This document shows, piece after piece, positions 9,770 through 19,342 of a DNA stretch of 64,000 nucleotides. The notes below the pieces were generated by a model. It made no database searches, was not told the DNA's origin, and was given only the letters and a program-made list of their open reading frames with translations. Source of the stretch: a virus; the IMG/VR virus record IMGVR_UViG_3300027690_000096. The stretch is one strand, 5' to 3'. Both the position numbers and the translations under genes were made by a program. How positions within the stretch are numbered: the first letter of the stretch is position 1; each line of letters opens with the position of its first letter.

Positions 9770-10862
9770 AAAATTCGACTTTTGCCTGTATAATAAGTTC
9801 TTCAAGCATCACAGCAAGTTTATTCTTTCTTATGATTTCATCAAGATATTCAAACAAAGTCGGTAAGGTTATAATTTCTTCGAAACAATCGATATATTTT
9901 TTAACTATATCTTTATCTTTGTATTCATGGACAGCCTTCTCAAATATAATTTCCATAACTTCTTTAGGCTTATGATTTGTTTTTACAACAAAAGAAATAG
10001 GGAATTTATTAAGTTTGTCTATATCTAAAAAATATTTTTTAAAATCAATTACTTCTGTCACCTGAAAAAACCTTCCAAAAGGTTTCATGACAAAATCAAT
10101 ACCGCCATCATTAGCATTAGTTCTTCCAGTCTTAAAAAGCTTAATTGGAAACCTTTTCAATGAATTCTTATCTTCACCGAACAGAATAAATTTTCCCTCA
10201 TAGAAATACTTTACAATAACAAATGATACTATCTCAAATGTCCTTGCATCGGTTGAAGGATTAAGTTGGCTTTTCACAAATTTTATTACTGAATCTTTTC
10301 TCTTTTCAAAATTACTACGCAAATCAACACAGTCATCAATAAAGCTATTAAAACTTTCTTTTTTTAGATATATATACTTATCAATAATCTCGATTACGCT
10401 TTTAGCTAAATTTAGTTTATTTCCTTCATATTCAAAAAATAATAATTTTTCATTAATCCAATATTTCAACGTTCTAAGGTTTCTGATTATAGGTGTTTCG
10501 TCTGTTATTTGATTGAAAAATTTCCTAAACTCATCATTACATCTATTATTCAAAGCATGATTTTGGAGCTTTTCACCAAATGGAAGTTCTCTCTGTCTTT
10601 GAAACAAAGCCGAGAACATAGCCCCATCATAAGATGAGTAATCCATACTCTCATCGAGATACCCTTTGTTGATATAATCTTCAATAAGGACATATAGTGC
10701 ATAAAGGTTGGCAAAACTTGGTCTTGCTTTACTTGATTTACCAATAGATTTGGTTTTTTGATACAAATATCCAATAAGAGGGGAGTCATCAATAATCTGG
10801 ACTGCTTGTTTCTCCCCAAACTCCTTGACAAGAATATCATATATAAACTGTCTGCTTGGCAA
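9756..10862 (-). CDS. Putative type II restriction endonuclease convergent with the methylase
   Basis: Convergent overlap with the MTase; GRTNANDGGIDF...FFQVT resembles a PD-(D/E)xK-type centre. Confidence 0.6.
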   Translation of the reverse strand: MPSRQFIYDILVKEFGEKQAVQIIDDSPLIGYLYQKTKSIGKSSKARPSFANLYALYVLIEDYINKGYLDESMDYSSYDGAMFSALFQRQRELPFGEKLQNHALNNRCNDEFRKFFNQITDETPIIRNLRTLKYWINEKLLFFEYEGNKLNLAKSVIEIIDKYIYLKKESFNSFIDDCVDLRSNFEKRKDSVIKFVKSQLNPSTDARTFEIVSFVIVKYFYEGKFILFGEDKNSLKRFPIKLFKTGRTNANDGGIDFVMKPFGRFFQVTEVIDFKKYFLDIDKLNKFPISFVVKTNHKPKEVMEIIFEKAVHEYKDKDIVKKYIDCFEEIITLPTLFEYLDEIIRKNKLAVMLEELIIQAKVEFFISD

Positions 10863-11057
10863 AATATCCCCCTTATAGTTATCTCAGATTATAAAGGGGT
10901 AAACTTTAGTTTAAACTCAAAAAAATATCAAGGTATTTCTGATTGACACACCCTGATTCAATCTGCATAATGCTCTCGGGAGACGTTTTGACCAATTTGA
11001 AAATATTGTTATGTCTATCTAACTTACAGAAAAACCTAAAAAATCAGGAAGGCGAGA

Positions 11058-11615
11058 GTGATGGAAGATTCAATATTTGCGAATGACATTTGTGATGGTT
11101 GCAATAAACCAGTAATCATAGGAGAAGATTATCTCTATGATATTTCTATCTATAAGTATAAACTACTCTATGCAAACAACAGAAAAGAACTGGATGTCTT
11201 GAGCGCAACTATGTATCATCAGTTATGTAAATTTTGCGTATCGGAGCCTAGAGCTAAAACTCTTCTTTTCAGCAAAAATAAAAATATCAAAAGCAAAGAT
11301 GGAAGAAAGATTGCTATTCCAACATGCAACTCCTGCGGTAAATTAATGGATGATTCGGGCGATATTTTTTGGTCAATCTGCCTAACGAAATGCGACATCA
11401 AAAAAAGCGTTAATGCAGTTCATCCAGAAGATGCTTATGATATGATTCACTATTGTGAGGAGTGCGGAAATAATAGAGATTTATATCAAGACCTCTCTTT
11501 TTGTGAATCATATATCCTTACAAAAGAGGCTTTTAGCGAACTCAGCCCACCAAAAGGAACATTTATCCCTTCACAGATTGATTTTTGTAAAGTCTGCGGT
11601 TCTCCAGTTGAATAA
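11058..11615 (+). CDS. Multi-CxxC hypothetical protein
   Basis: Five CxxC motifs. Confidence 0.6.
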   Translation: MMEDSIFANDICDGCNKPVIIGEDYLYDISIYKYKLLYANNRKELDVLSATMYHQLCKFCVSEPRAKTLLFSKNKNIKSKDGRKIAIPTCNSCGKLMDDSGDIFWSICLTKCDIKKSVNAVHPEDAYDMIHYCEECGNNRDLYQDLSFCESYILTKEAFSELSPPKGTFIPSQIDFCKVCGSPVE

Positions 11616-11623
11616 GGATATCA

Positions 11624-12103
11624 ATGACAATGCTAAACAAAATCATCTCAGGCGGACAGACGGGAGCAGACCGAGCAGGGCTTGACATAGCCCTTGATAA
11701 AGGCATACTTCATGGTGGCTGGATTCCTAAAGGAAGAAAGACTGAAGACGGAACACTCCCAGAGCGATACCATCTGCAGGAAATGACTACAACGAGCTAT
11801 CCGAAGCGAACAGAAAAGAATATCCTTGATTCGGATGGAACCATAATCATATCGCATGGCAACCTCACAGGAGGCTCACTCCTTACTCTAAAGCTTGCAA
11901 GACAGCATAATAAACCATTCATTCACATCGACTTGACAGAAAACTCAATCACTAAATCAGCAGAACATCTCACCAGGTGGATCATAGCCAACGAAATCAA
12001 GACTCTCAACGTAGCTGGCTCAAGAGCAAGCAAAGACCATGAGATATACAACAAGACAAAAGAAGTCTTAAAGATAGCTATCGAAAGCCTCATCTATAAT
12101 TAA
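11624..12103 (+). CDS. SLOG-superfamily protein (putative molybdenum carrier/YpsA-like)
   Basis: ISGGQTGADRAGLD...GGWIPKGR.TEDG, RTEKNILDSDGT, LNVAGSR. Confidence 0.88.
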   Translation: MTMLNKIISGGQTGADRAGLDIALDKGILHGGWIPKGRKTEDGTLPERYHLQEMTTTSYPKRTEKNILDSDGTIIISHGNLTGGSLLTLKLARQHNKPFIHIDLTENSITKSAEHLTRWIIANEIKTLNVAGSRASKDHEIYNKTKEVLKIAIESLIYN

Positions 12104-12196
12104 CACCTTTCTATAATTCTAAATCGCTTACAACCTCACTCGAAGCTCATCCTATCGAATTATCCGCAACAATCCGCAACATAACCACTCCAAAAG

Positions 12197-12211
12197 CGAA
12201 AAGTATATAAA
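12197..12211 (+). promoter_or_regulatory. Archaeal BRE-TATA promoter
   Basis: CGAAAAG followed directly by TATATAAA, heading the 12.3-20 kb gene run. Confidence 0.65.
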
Positions 12212-12287
12212 TAACCTATACTATCCTATAGCATAGGGTAAGCAACTAAGTCGAGCTTACCCAAAAAAACAAATACGAGGTGTCGAA

Positions 12288-12470
12288 ATGAAACCGTCAA
12301 TCAAGGAAACAATATTTTGGAACACGCGAACCTATGGCTCCGCTATCCGCCTGCCTGCAAAGGCTATTATTTGCATCTTAGTATTCCTTTGCATCATAAC
12401 CCCCGCAACCAACTGGGCGATACCATTCTTTCCGAAGATTATCAGGAAAGATTTAGTCTGGAGGTATTGA
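12288..12470 (+). CDS. Small membrane protein
   Basis: GAGGTG RBS; one hydrophobic segment. Confidence 0.55.
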   Translation: MKPSIKETIFWNTRTYGSAIRLPAKAIICILVFLCIITPATNWAIPFFPKIIRKDLVWRY

Positions 12471-12473
12471 ACA

Positions 12474-12800
12474 ATGATAGATGAACTAGACTACACGCAA
12501 GAGGACGAGATAACTTGCCCTTATTGTGGAGATAAAAACACAGACAGCTGGGAAGTTGGCAGAAATATTAATGATGGAGATATAGGGGAACAAGAATGTG
12601 ATAGTTGTGGAAAGAAGTTCACAGCATCAAGGAATATGTCAATTACATATACTTCATATCCTGCCCCATGTCTTAATGGAGAATCAAAACATGACTGGAG
12701 ACCAATTATAGGTGCCCCAAAAGAATTTTTTGAGGGTAAGTTTAGATGCTATATATGTGGCAAAGAAGAACATAGAAATCACAATCGAGAGACCTCGTAG
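12474..12800 (+). CDS. Zn-ribbon phage-like protein
   Basis: CPYCG...CDSCGKKF and C-terminal CYIC. Confidence 0.7.
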   Translation: MIDELDYTQEDEITCPYCGDKNTDSWEVGRNINDGDIGEQECDSCGKKFTASRNMSITYTSYPAPCLNGESKHDWRPIIGAPKEFFEGKFRCYICGKEEHRNHNRETS

Positions 12801-12964
12801 TTTTCTTTCTAACGACTGAAAACTTTGGCATGGAAAGAGCTGCCTCTTGATGTGGAAGCTACCGTGCCAGAGGCTCGACAACAATCCTTTCGCCGATTTT
12901 GAGCGATGCTTGTTCGCTTCGCTCAAGCCCACAAAAAAATTAAAAAAGAATAAGACAAAACAAA

Positions 12965-13153
12965 ATGATAAATAAAATATTAACTGAACTCGATAATTTC
13001 ATCGAAAACATGAGAAACTTAGGAGTATCTGATAAGATGATTGCCCTAAACTTATGCGCAGCCGCAGGTTTATTAAAGCAGAAGAAATGGGATGATTTTT
13101 ATAGCAGTCTCCCTTCAATCAAAAGACAAAATCAAAAACATAAAAAACAATAG
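12965..13153 (+). CDS. Small hypothetical protein
   Basis: ORF track. Confidence 0.45.
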   Translation: MINKILTELDNFIENMRNLGVSDKMIALNLCAAAGLLKQKKWDDFYSSLPSIKRQNQKHKKQ

Positions 13154-13167
13154 AGGTAAACAAGAAA

Positions 13168-13365
13168 ATGAGATCCCCACACCCAACAGACAGAATTAGC
13201 AGGCGAAAGCCTGAGAGCAGAAGACGAATATGGCAAATGCCAGCGTTCAACCCGAGACCTACAAACTGCTTCAACATCAGCCAGGACGCAGTTGAACAAT
13301 TGTCATACAACTTAGCAGTTGCATACAGTCAAGTAGGACTGCCCTGCAAAAATGCCCAGATGTGA
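13168..13365 (+). CDS. Small hypothetical protein
   Basis: ORF track. Confidence 0.4.
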   Translation: MRSPHPTDRISRRKPESRRRIWQMPAFNPRPTNCFNISQDAVEQLSYNLAVAYSQVGLPCKNAQM

Positions 13366-13488
13366 CCATCGGGCATCTGATACCTGCGATGATATCATGC
13401 GAGAGCTTTCATCTATCTACCGCAGATATTGGGCAAGCAAGAGCAAGAAACAACACAAGGAAATAAAACATGAGGACTAAGATAGAAA

Positions 13489-13632
13489 ATGCCAAACATA
13501 CAATTCAATGCAAAGGATGACCTCTACTTCAAGCACAGACAGCTTGAAGCCGAGCAGAAGAAGAACGTCAACGACAAACTAAGAAAAACTCTTGAGAGAG
13601 AGCTAAAGAAACTGCAACAATCAGATAGTTGA
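13489..13632 (+). CDS. 47-aa ribbon-helix-helix-like protein (not in ORF track)
   Basis: Hand translation MPNIQFNAKDDLYFKHRQLEAEQKKNVNDKLRKTLERELKKLQQSDS: alternating N-terminal strand then two helices. Confidence 0.45.
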   Translation: MPNIQFNAKDDLYFKHRQLEAEQKKNVNDKLRKTLERELKKLQQSDS

Positions 13633-13973
13633 ATACATCAAATCAGCAAATGATGAAAAAGCGAAGGAAACATTCTTTGCAGGCTAACCACTGGCAGACC
13701 ATAGCCTTGATGACTCTCCTAACAGCCTCGCTGATACTGATTGGAATATCCATATATTATCTTCTGTTCGAGACAGAGATAATAATATATGGCGATAACA
13801 ATAAATCGTCAATGGATGACAAGGTCTGCATAACAATCGGCAGTGACCTAACCGACAACAAGGCGCACATCTGTTGCAATTCATACAGGACTCTTAAGAC
13901 AACAAATATTAACACAAACTTCAGTTATGACACAACCGAATGCCTGAAGATAGATAATATAAGATACGATTAA
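13629..13973 (+). CDS. Single-pass membrane protein with Cys-containing ectodomain
   Basis: Basic N-terminus, TM helix, four Cys. Confidence 0.55.
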   Translation: MNTSNQQMMKKRRKHSLQANHWQTIALMTLLTASLILIGISIYYLLFETEIIIYGDNNKSSMDDKVCITIGSDLTDNKAHICCNSYRTLKTTNINTNFSYDTTECLKIDNIRYD

Positions 13974-14104
13974 CAGATTACATACAAATCCAAAATCAAC
14001 TCAACATCAAAATAAATCCAAATCCCCTGCCTTACCGAATACAAATCAAATCAATATCACATTAACCAAAAGGCTTTGTTTTTGATGTAAATATAACTCC
14101 ATAA

Positions 14105-14134
14105 GCAATTCCCCTTAAGCCAGAGGGGAATTGC
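14105..14134. repeat. Perfect 11-bp inverted repeat just upstream of an RBS
   Basis: GCAATTCCCCT-N8-AGGGGAATTGC, then GGAGG and ATG at 14152. Confidence 0.8.
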
Positions 14135-14397
14135 CCTTGGAGGTTTACGTCATGAAACAGATAGAAAAAGAAGAAAGGCTTGACAGGTTCAATGCAGAGG
14201 CAATCAGCGATTTGATCAGAGAGTTTGACATCAACTCCCATTCCTGCGAACACACGCCAGACAAGATAATCCCAATACGAATCGAGAGCGACATGAACAA
14301 ATGCAAACAAATCCTGATTAGCAAATGTTCTTGTTGCAATGCAGAAATAATCGAGGAATACCCATTGCCTTACATGGACGAGTCAATGATGAACTGA
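14131..14397 (+). CDS. Small Cys/His hypothetical protein (likely start 14152)
   Basis: ORF track; GGAGG RBS before ATG 14152. Confidence 0.55.
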   Translation: MPLEVYVMKQIEKEERLDRFNAEAISDLIREFDINSHSCEHTPDKIIPIRIESDMNKCKQILISKCSCCNAEIIEEYPLPYMDESMMN

Positions 14398-14433
14398 TAT
14401 AAGAACAAAACAAAGCATTAGAGGTAAACTATA

Positions 14434-16044
14434 ATGAAAAAACAAATACTAAAATATCTAACAAAAGAAAACCAGTATTATCCGACTCCAAAAGAGCTTA
14501 TCAATGACATACTTGCTAAGGTTGATGAATCCAATCGATATGACTCAATGCCTGAAGAGATACATTTCCTTGAACCATGCGCAGGCGACGGAGAGATATG
14601 CAGAACAGTCAGGGATTATTTCAAAGAGGAGCATAAAAGAATTGAGATTAAAATAAAATGTATCGAAATTGAGCCAACGCTAAGAAACAGCCTTACAGGT
14701 CAGGGATTCAACGTAATCTCATCCGACTTTGAAAAGTTTGACGGTAAACCCTTCTATGACTTAATCATAATGAACCCGCCATTTTCTAAAGGAGCAAGGT
14801 TTCTTCTTAAGGCTTACAGCCTCTTAACATCAGGCGGAAGACTTGTCTGCATCCTCAACGCTGAAACAATAAAAAACAAATGCACAAAAGAAAGAGAACA
14901 GCTTTCGCACTTAATAGAAAGGACAGGCGAGGTTGAATTCATCGGAAACGCTTTCCAATCAGAAGATACAGAAAGAAACACCGATACAGAGATAGCGGTT
15001 GTTTACCTGCAAAAGCCAGCCTATGAAAACGAATTTGACCCTTTCGGTGGAATAAATGACAACGTATTGACCGAAGAAGAGAAAGCCATTGACGAGCTTA
15101 AACAAAGGCTATCCAGCGAAGGCACAGAAAACAGTCAGCTCATAACATTTGATAAGGTTGAGAATGCAATCAACCTATACAGGAACTGCACAAAACAGAT
15201 ATTTAGCGGAATTGATACAATCCAGCAAATCAAGACAGGATTATCATACCTCAACAAAGAAGCAAAGGAGTTTGACATCAACCTTGAACAGTTCTTTAAG
15301 ATAATCCTTGAAAACGAGCCAGAGAAAGCCAAAGAAGAATCAATCAAAGTCTTACGAAAGATGATATGGAGCTATGTAATCAAGTTCTGCAACATGGATC
15401 AGTATCTATTCCACAGGCAAAGGCAAGACTTCTATGACAAGCTTGACAAGGGAAGCGGAACACTGCCTTTCACAAAAGATAACATCAACCAATTCTTCAG
15501 TAATCTATTCCTGCAAAAGAACGAATATTTTAAGCAAGGAATTGAAGACCTATTCAATGAGATAACCAGCTATCACAATGGCAACACTAAACATAGTGAT
15601 GGGTGGAAGACAAACAAAAACTGGAAAATCAACAAAAAGATTATAGTAAAATGGGGGTTAGTTGATTACACTGATTATAGTAAATACAGTAGATATGATT
15701 CAAAAAATAAATATGGTAAATTTGATTGTAAAGGTAATTACGACAGCAATTGGGTAGATGACCTTGATAAGATTGTCAGAAAAATCCAGCCAATAGGTTC
15801 ATCAGGATTAACAATCAAAGATGCCTTAAACAATAGATTCAAGTCTCTAGGCACTGTCTATGTTGGAGAATCTTATGACAATACCGCAGAAACGCCATAC
15901 TTCAATTTAAAGTTTTGGAAAAAAGGCACACTGCATATAGTGTTCAAAGACAACAAAATCCTTGAAGAGTTAAATCTTATAGGAGCAAAGCTAAGAAGAG
16001 ACTTAGGCTATGATGACTATGGTAAAAAGCCAGTCAAAGAATAA
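14434..16044 (+). CDS. N6-adenine methyltransferase with DUF4942-type C-terminal domain
   Basis: YYPTP, LEPCAGDG, IMNPPF (gamma class); C-terminal KNWKINKKII...FWKKGTLHI. Confidence 0.85.
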   Translation: MKKQILKYLTKENQYYPTPKELINDILAKVDESNRYDSMPEEIHFLEPCAGDGEICRTVRDYFKEEHKRIEIKIKCIEIEPTLRNSLTGQGFNVISSDFEKFDGKPFYDLIIMNPPFSKGARFLLKAYSLLTSGGRLVCILNAETIKNKCTKEREQLSHLIERTGEVEFIGNAFQSEDTERNTDTEIAVVYLQKPAYENEFDPFGGINDNVLTEEEKAIDELKQRLSSEGTENSQLITFDKVENAINLYRNCTKQIFSGIDTIQQIKTGLSYLNKEAKEFDINLEQFFKIILENEPEKAKEESIKVLRKMIWSYVIKFCNMDQYLFHRQRQDFYDKLDKGSGTLPFTKDNINQFFSNLFLQKNEYFKQGIEDLFNEITSYHNGNTKHSDGWKTNKNWKINKKIIVKWGLVDYTDYSKYSRYDSKNKYGKFDCKGNYDSNWVDDLDKIVRKIQPIGSSGLTIKDALNNRFKSLGTVYVGESYDNTAETPYFNLKFWKKGTLHIVFKDNKILEELNLIGAKLRRDLGYDDYGKKPVKE

Positions 16045-16065
16045 AAAATATAGGTGGCATGAACA

Positions 16066-16476
16066 ATGGATTTAATCAAACATTTTGTTGACAATTTCAA
16101 CATCAATGATTTCGACATAGAAGCTGGTATATACTCCGAATCAACGAAGAACAACAATCTACTTTTCGTTCTTAGACCTTACGGATGGTATCTTGCGTTT
16201 AAGATATATAACAAATATGACCTAGCAGGTAAACTTATAAGCAGAAAAATAGCAATACAAAACTCTGATTTCTTAGGAAGTCATCAAAAAGAATTAGAAG
16301 ATAAGCTTACTAACTTGTTGAATACAACAGAATTTGTAAACCTATTAAACGAAGCGATTTGGAAAGAAAAAAGTAGGGTTCGCAATGTGTATGAACACAC
16401 AATTAAACAGAGAGCAATCGAGAAGCATAATAATAAAGAAGAGTATGAAGAACTAAATAAACCAAGAGGTGGTTAA
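16066..16476 (+). CDS. Hypothetical protein
   Basis: ORF track; GGTGG RBS. Confidence 0.6.
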   Translation: MDLIKHFVDNFNINDFDIEAGIYSESTKNNNLLFVLRPYGWYLAFKIYNKYDLAGKLISRKIAIQNSDFLGSHQKELEDKLTNLLNTTEFVNLLNEAIWKEKSRVRNVYEHTIKQRAIEKHNNKEEYEELNKPRGG

Positions 16477-17074
16477 AATCGGATGTGATATACATTTGTA
16501 TGCAGAAAAGAAAGTAAAAGGTAAATGGATTTGCATTAATCCACTTGTATGGGAAATATATTCAACTGAACCATATACAGAAAGAGTTTTAGAAGAAATT
16601 GATGTAGGCAGAGATTATGAATTGTTTGGCTTTTTAGCAGGAGTAAGAACTACTCAGAAAGTAAATATTGGTGACCCAAAAGGATTTCCAGAAGATGCTT
16701 CAGCAGAAGTAAAACAAATATATCTCGAATGGGGAGAAGATGCTCATTCAGGAACATATGCAACGCTAAGTGAACTAAAAGAAAAATTAAGTGGTTCAAT
16801 AACTGTAAAGGGTATGATGCCAAAAACACGACTCGAAAAGTTAACATACTCAATAAATAAAGGAAACCCAGATTGGGAATTATTATATCCTTATTTTGAG
16901 TGGGCATCATTAGAGAATTATGAATCATTCAAGTTTGAAGTGCCAATTGAATACCAGTTCAAAGGATTCATAACAAACGTTGTAAAAGATATTCTTCAAG
17001 AACATACTTGGAATAAAGATGAGCAAAAACATTCAGAGGATGAGGTAAGAATTGTATTTTGGTTTGATAATTAA
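16469..17074 (+). CDS. Conserved phage hypothetical protein (GCDIH family)
   Basis: GCDIHLYAE...RDYELFGFLAGVR...GFPEDAS...HSGTY...RIVFWFDN pattern familiar from phage proteins. Confidence 0.7.
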   Translation: MVKIGCDIHLYAEKKVKGKWICINPLVWEIYSTEPYTERVLEEIDVGRDYELFGFLAGVRTTQKVNIGDPKGFPEDASAEVKQIYLEWGEDAHSGTYATLSELKEKLSGSITVKGMMPKTRLEKLTYSINKGNPDWELLYPYFEWASLENYESFKFEVPIEYQFKGFITNVVKDILQEHTWNKDEQKHSEDEVRIVFWFDN

Positions 17075-17148
17075 TTTCCCTTTCATTCGATGGAAATCAA
17101 TCCATCAGTGATATAAAATAATCAGCCCATCGTGGCGGAGGATGTAAA

Positions 17149-17772
17149 ATGGAAGTGCGTAAAGTGAAAAACAAGGATGGAATAGTCCTTACAACAAGAG
17201 AAGGAATTGAACTTGAAGAGCTACGTTTTGAATCAGGCGATGAATTCATCCCTATATTCAACAAGGTTCTTGAGAAAACAAACGAAGGCGTAGAAGTAGT
17301 TAAGAATGGAAAGAAATCAAAACAGAACATAACAAACTACAGCATCAAGTGCAGAGCAAGAGACAGAAACAAACAGAAGGTCATCCATAAAGGAAACGAT
17401 GAAATCTTTGTAACCTTGACACCGACACAAGCTGAAAGCCTGAAAAAGAAATCTGAAGATGGCATTGAACTCAATCAGAATATATTTGTTGCATACAAAT
17501 ACAAGAGCAAGGATTACGGAGAACAGATAGGTCTCGGGCCGAAGAAAGCTAACAAGCCAGCTAAGACATTCGACGACTTTGACGAGACAGGCAAACCCAA
17601 GGATGAATCTGAAGCAGTAAACACCACCAATGCGGTTAAGACTAAAGATATAACCAACGGTAAAACTACCATAGAAACTACCAGAGAAACTAACAGAGAA
17701 ACTACCAGCAAAGACAAAAGCAAGAGCAACATCAAAGACGACGTTGGATTGATAGACATAGAAGACATATAA
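17149..17772 (+). CDS. Candidate ssDNA-binding/annealing protein
   Basis: Beta-rich N-terminal domain, disordered T/E/K-rich linker, acidic C-terminal tip (LIDIEDI), own terminator. Confidence 0.4.
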   Translation: MEVRKVKNKDGIVLTTREGIELEELRFESGDEFIPIFNKVLEKTNEGVEVVKNGKKSKQNITNYSIKCRARDRNKQKVIHKGNDEIFVTLTPTQAESLKKKSEDGIELNQNIFVAYKYKSKDYGEQIGLGPKKANKPAKTFDDFDETGKPKDESEAVNTTNAVKTKDITNGKTTIETTRETNRETTSKDKSKSNIKDDVGLIDIEDI

Positions 17773-17835
17773 GGTAAGCAGTAACAACAGCGAAGACACA
17801 ACAACATAAACAAAATAAACAAAATAAAATGCAAC

Positions 17836-17870
17836 AAAAAGAGAGGGGCTATATGCCTCTCTTTTTATTT
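17836..17870 (+). terminator. Intrinsic terminator-like hairpin
   Basis: AAAAAGAGAGG-N9-CCTCTCTTTTT followed by a T-rich tract. Confidence 0.75.
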
Positions 17871-17906
17871 TAAATTAAAATATATTAAATAATAAAGGTG
17901 TAAGCT

Positions 17907-18260
17907 ATGCAAATCCAAGTGATATACAACATTCCTGAAAACCTTCTCGCTGATTTCAAAGAGAACGTTCTTGACAGATATGCAGACTATTATAGGTTTG
18001 ATGACCAAGAATTAACTTCAATAAATCGAATAATAAATACTACTCTTGAAGACGGAATAATCAACATAATAAAAAGCAAAGAGCAAACGACAAGAGAGAT
18101 TTTTGATAAAATTAGAAAGGTAGAATTGTTTAAGGATATAAACTACAAACGAATTCAAAGAAGCCTTATTTCTCTCGTTTTGAAAAAGAAGTTATCTGTA
18201 AGAAAAACATTAGGTGGAGCCAAAGGAACATTCAATATATATTCGATTGATAAAAACTAA
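17907..18260 (+). CDS. Hypothetical protein with C-terminal winged-helix-like segment
   Basis: RIQRSLISLVLKKKLSVRK...NIYSI. Confidence 0.5.
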   Translation: MQIQVIYNIPENLLADFKENVLDRYADYYRFDDQELTSINRIINTTLEDGIINIIKSKEQTTREIFDKIRKVELFKDINYKRIQRSLISLVLKKKLSVRKTLGGAKGTFNIYSIDKN

Positions 18261-18405
18261 GAGGTTATTATGACAAAACCAAAAAAGAGGACAATGTGTG
18301 AGAGATGCTCATTCGTAGCTATTGACGATAGCTGTTTGTTTGAGATTTGCACTTTAGGAAGCAGATGCTATTACCAATCAATAAGTTCAGAAGAGGTATA
18401 TTAAT

Positions 18406-18594
18406 ATGAGCGAAATGACCGAACAAAAACATAGTGCATTTGTCACAATAGACGGAATCAATCGAGTAATGAGGATATACGAGCAAGTCATATGCGACTT
18501 CTCAGACTTGATGGACGGAACTTACCTATGTTTCCAATTTGACGGTAAACAAGGCATTGACACAATCGTATATTCAAAACAAACAGGTTACTGA
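18406..18594 (+). CDS. Small hypothetical protein
   Basis: ORF track; GAGGT RBS. Confidence 0.5.
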   Translation: MSEMTEQKHSAFVTIDGINRVMRIYEQVICDFSDLMDGTYLCFQFDGKQGIDTIVYSKQTGY

Positions 18595-18727
18595 CAATGA
18601 GCCAGATACCAGAACTTACGAGAAAAGAGCTGTATGATATGAATACAGCACAGCTAATAAAATTGCATGGAGATATCACATCTCTCCAAAACAAAATCAA
18701 AGCAGAGCTTATATGCAGGGGTGATTA

Positions 18728-18940
18728 TTGATGAAACTCAAAAACAACGAAGTCCAATGTGACATATGCCATAAGAAAATAAAAGAAGGAGAAATGTTCA
18801 GAAATATATTAGTGCATAAGGTAACATATAAAGATAAATATTTCCATGAAGCCATGTCAGACTGCGAGAAAGACTTAGATGTCTGCAATAATTGTATTTT
18901 GAACATGAACTTTGGAAATATAGTAAGATGGCAATACTAA
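18728..18940 (+). CDS. Small Zn-finger protein
   Basis: CDIC...CNNC. Confidence 0.6.
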   Translation: MMKLKNNEVQCDICHKKIKEGEMFRNILVHKVTYKDKYFHEAMSDCEKDLDVCNNCILNMNFGNIVRWQY

Positions 18941-19033
18941 ACACGTCAGGATGTGATAACCAGTGGTGTGAGACATGCCATGATAGAGAACGCTGCATAA
19001 GAGAGAATAAACTAAACAATAAACAAGTAGTAG

Positions 19034-19342
19034 GTGAACACAATGGAAACTGAAAGAATGATAGCGGTAGAGATTATGGACGTATTTGAAGAGTTCCTCA
19101 CAGAGAGAGGAGTTCAGATACCTTCAATCGACAGAGAAGGATTGTATGACGAGGCTTGCATATATGGATCAGAATATTACGGAATCGAGGACAGGATAAC
19201 AGATACTTTGAAATCGCATAAGACGACATTTACAGATGAAGCTGTAAAGGCTGTCAAACAAACGCTAAAGGAAAAGGTCATCAAAATCCTAAGAATAAGG
19301 AGAGCAAGTGACAAGATAATAAAGGATGTGCATGAGTTATGA
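19034..19342 (+). CDS. Hypothetical protein
   Basis: ORF track; IMDVFEEFL...IPS.DREG...IYGSEYY.IED looks like a conserved phage/MGE family. Confidence 0.6.
   Translation: MNTMETERMIAVEIMDVFEEFLTERGVQIPSIDREGLYDEACIYGSEYYGIEDRITDTLKSHKTTFTDEAVKAVKQTLKEKVIKILRIRRASDKIIKDVHEL

Noticed and set aside
8840-10862. Genome-wide avoidance of ATGCAT as support for the RM specificity
   Set aside because: At least five ATGCAT sites were seen by eye (2976, 43588, 57648, 60628, 62273). Depletion cannot be claimed without a proper count.
12826-12869. Hammerhead or other self-cleaving ribozyme
   Set aside because: The CUGAUGA/GAAA core is not present in the required arrangement. It is kept only as a generic structured-element candidate.
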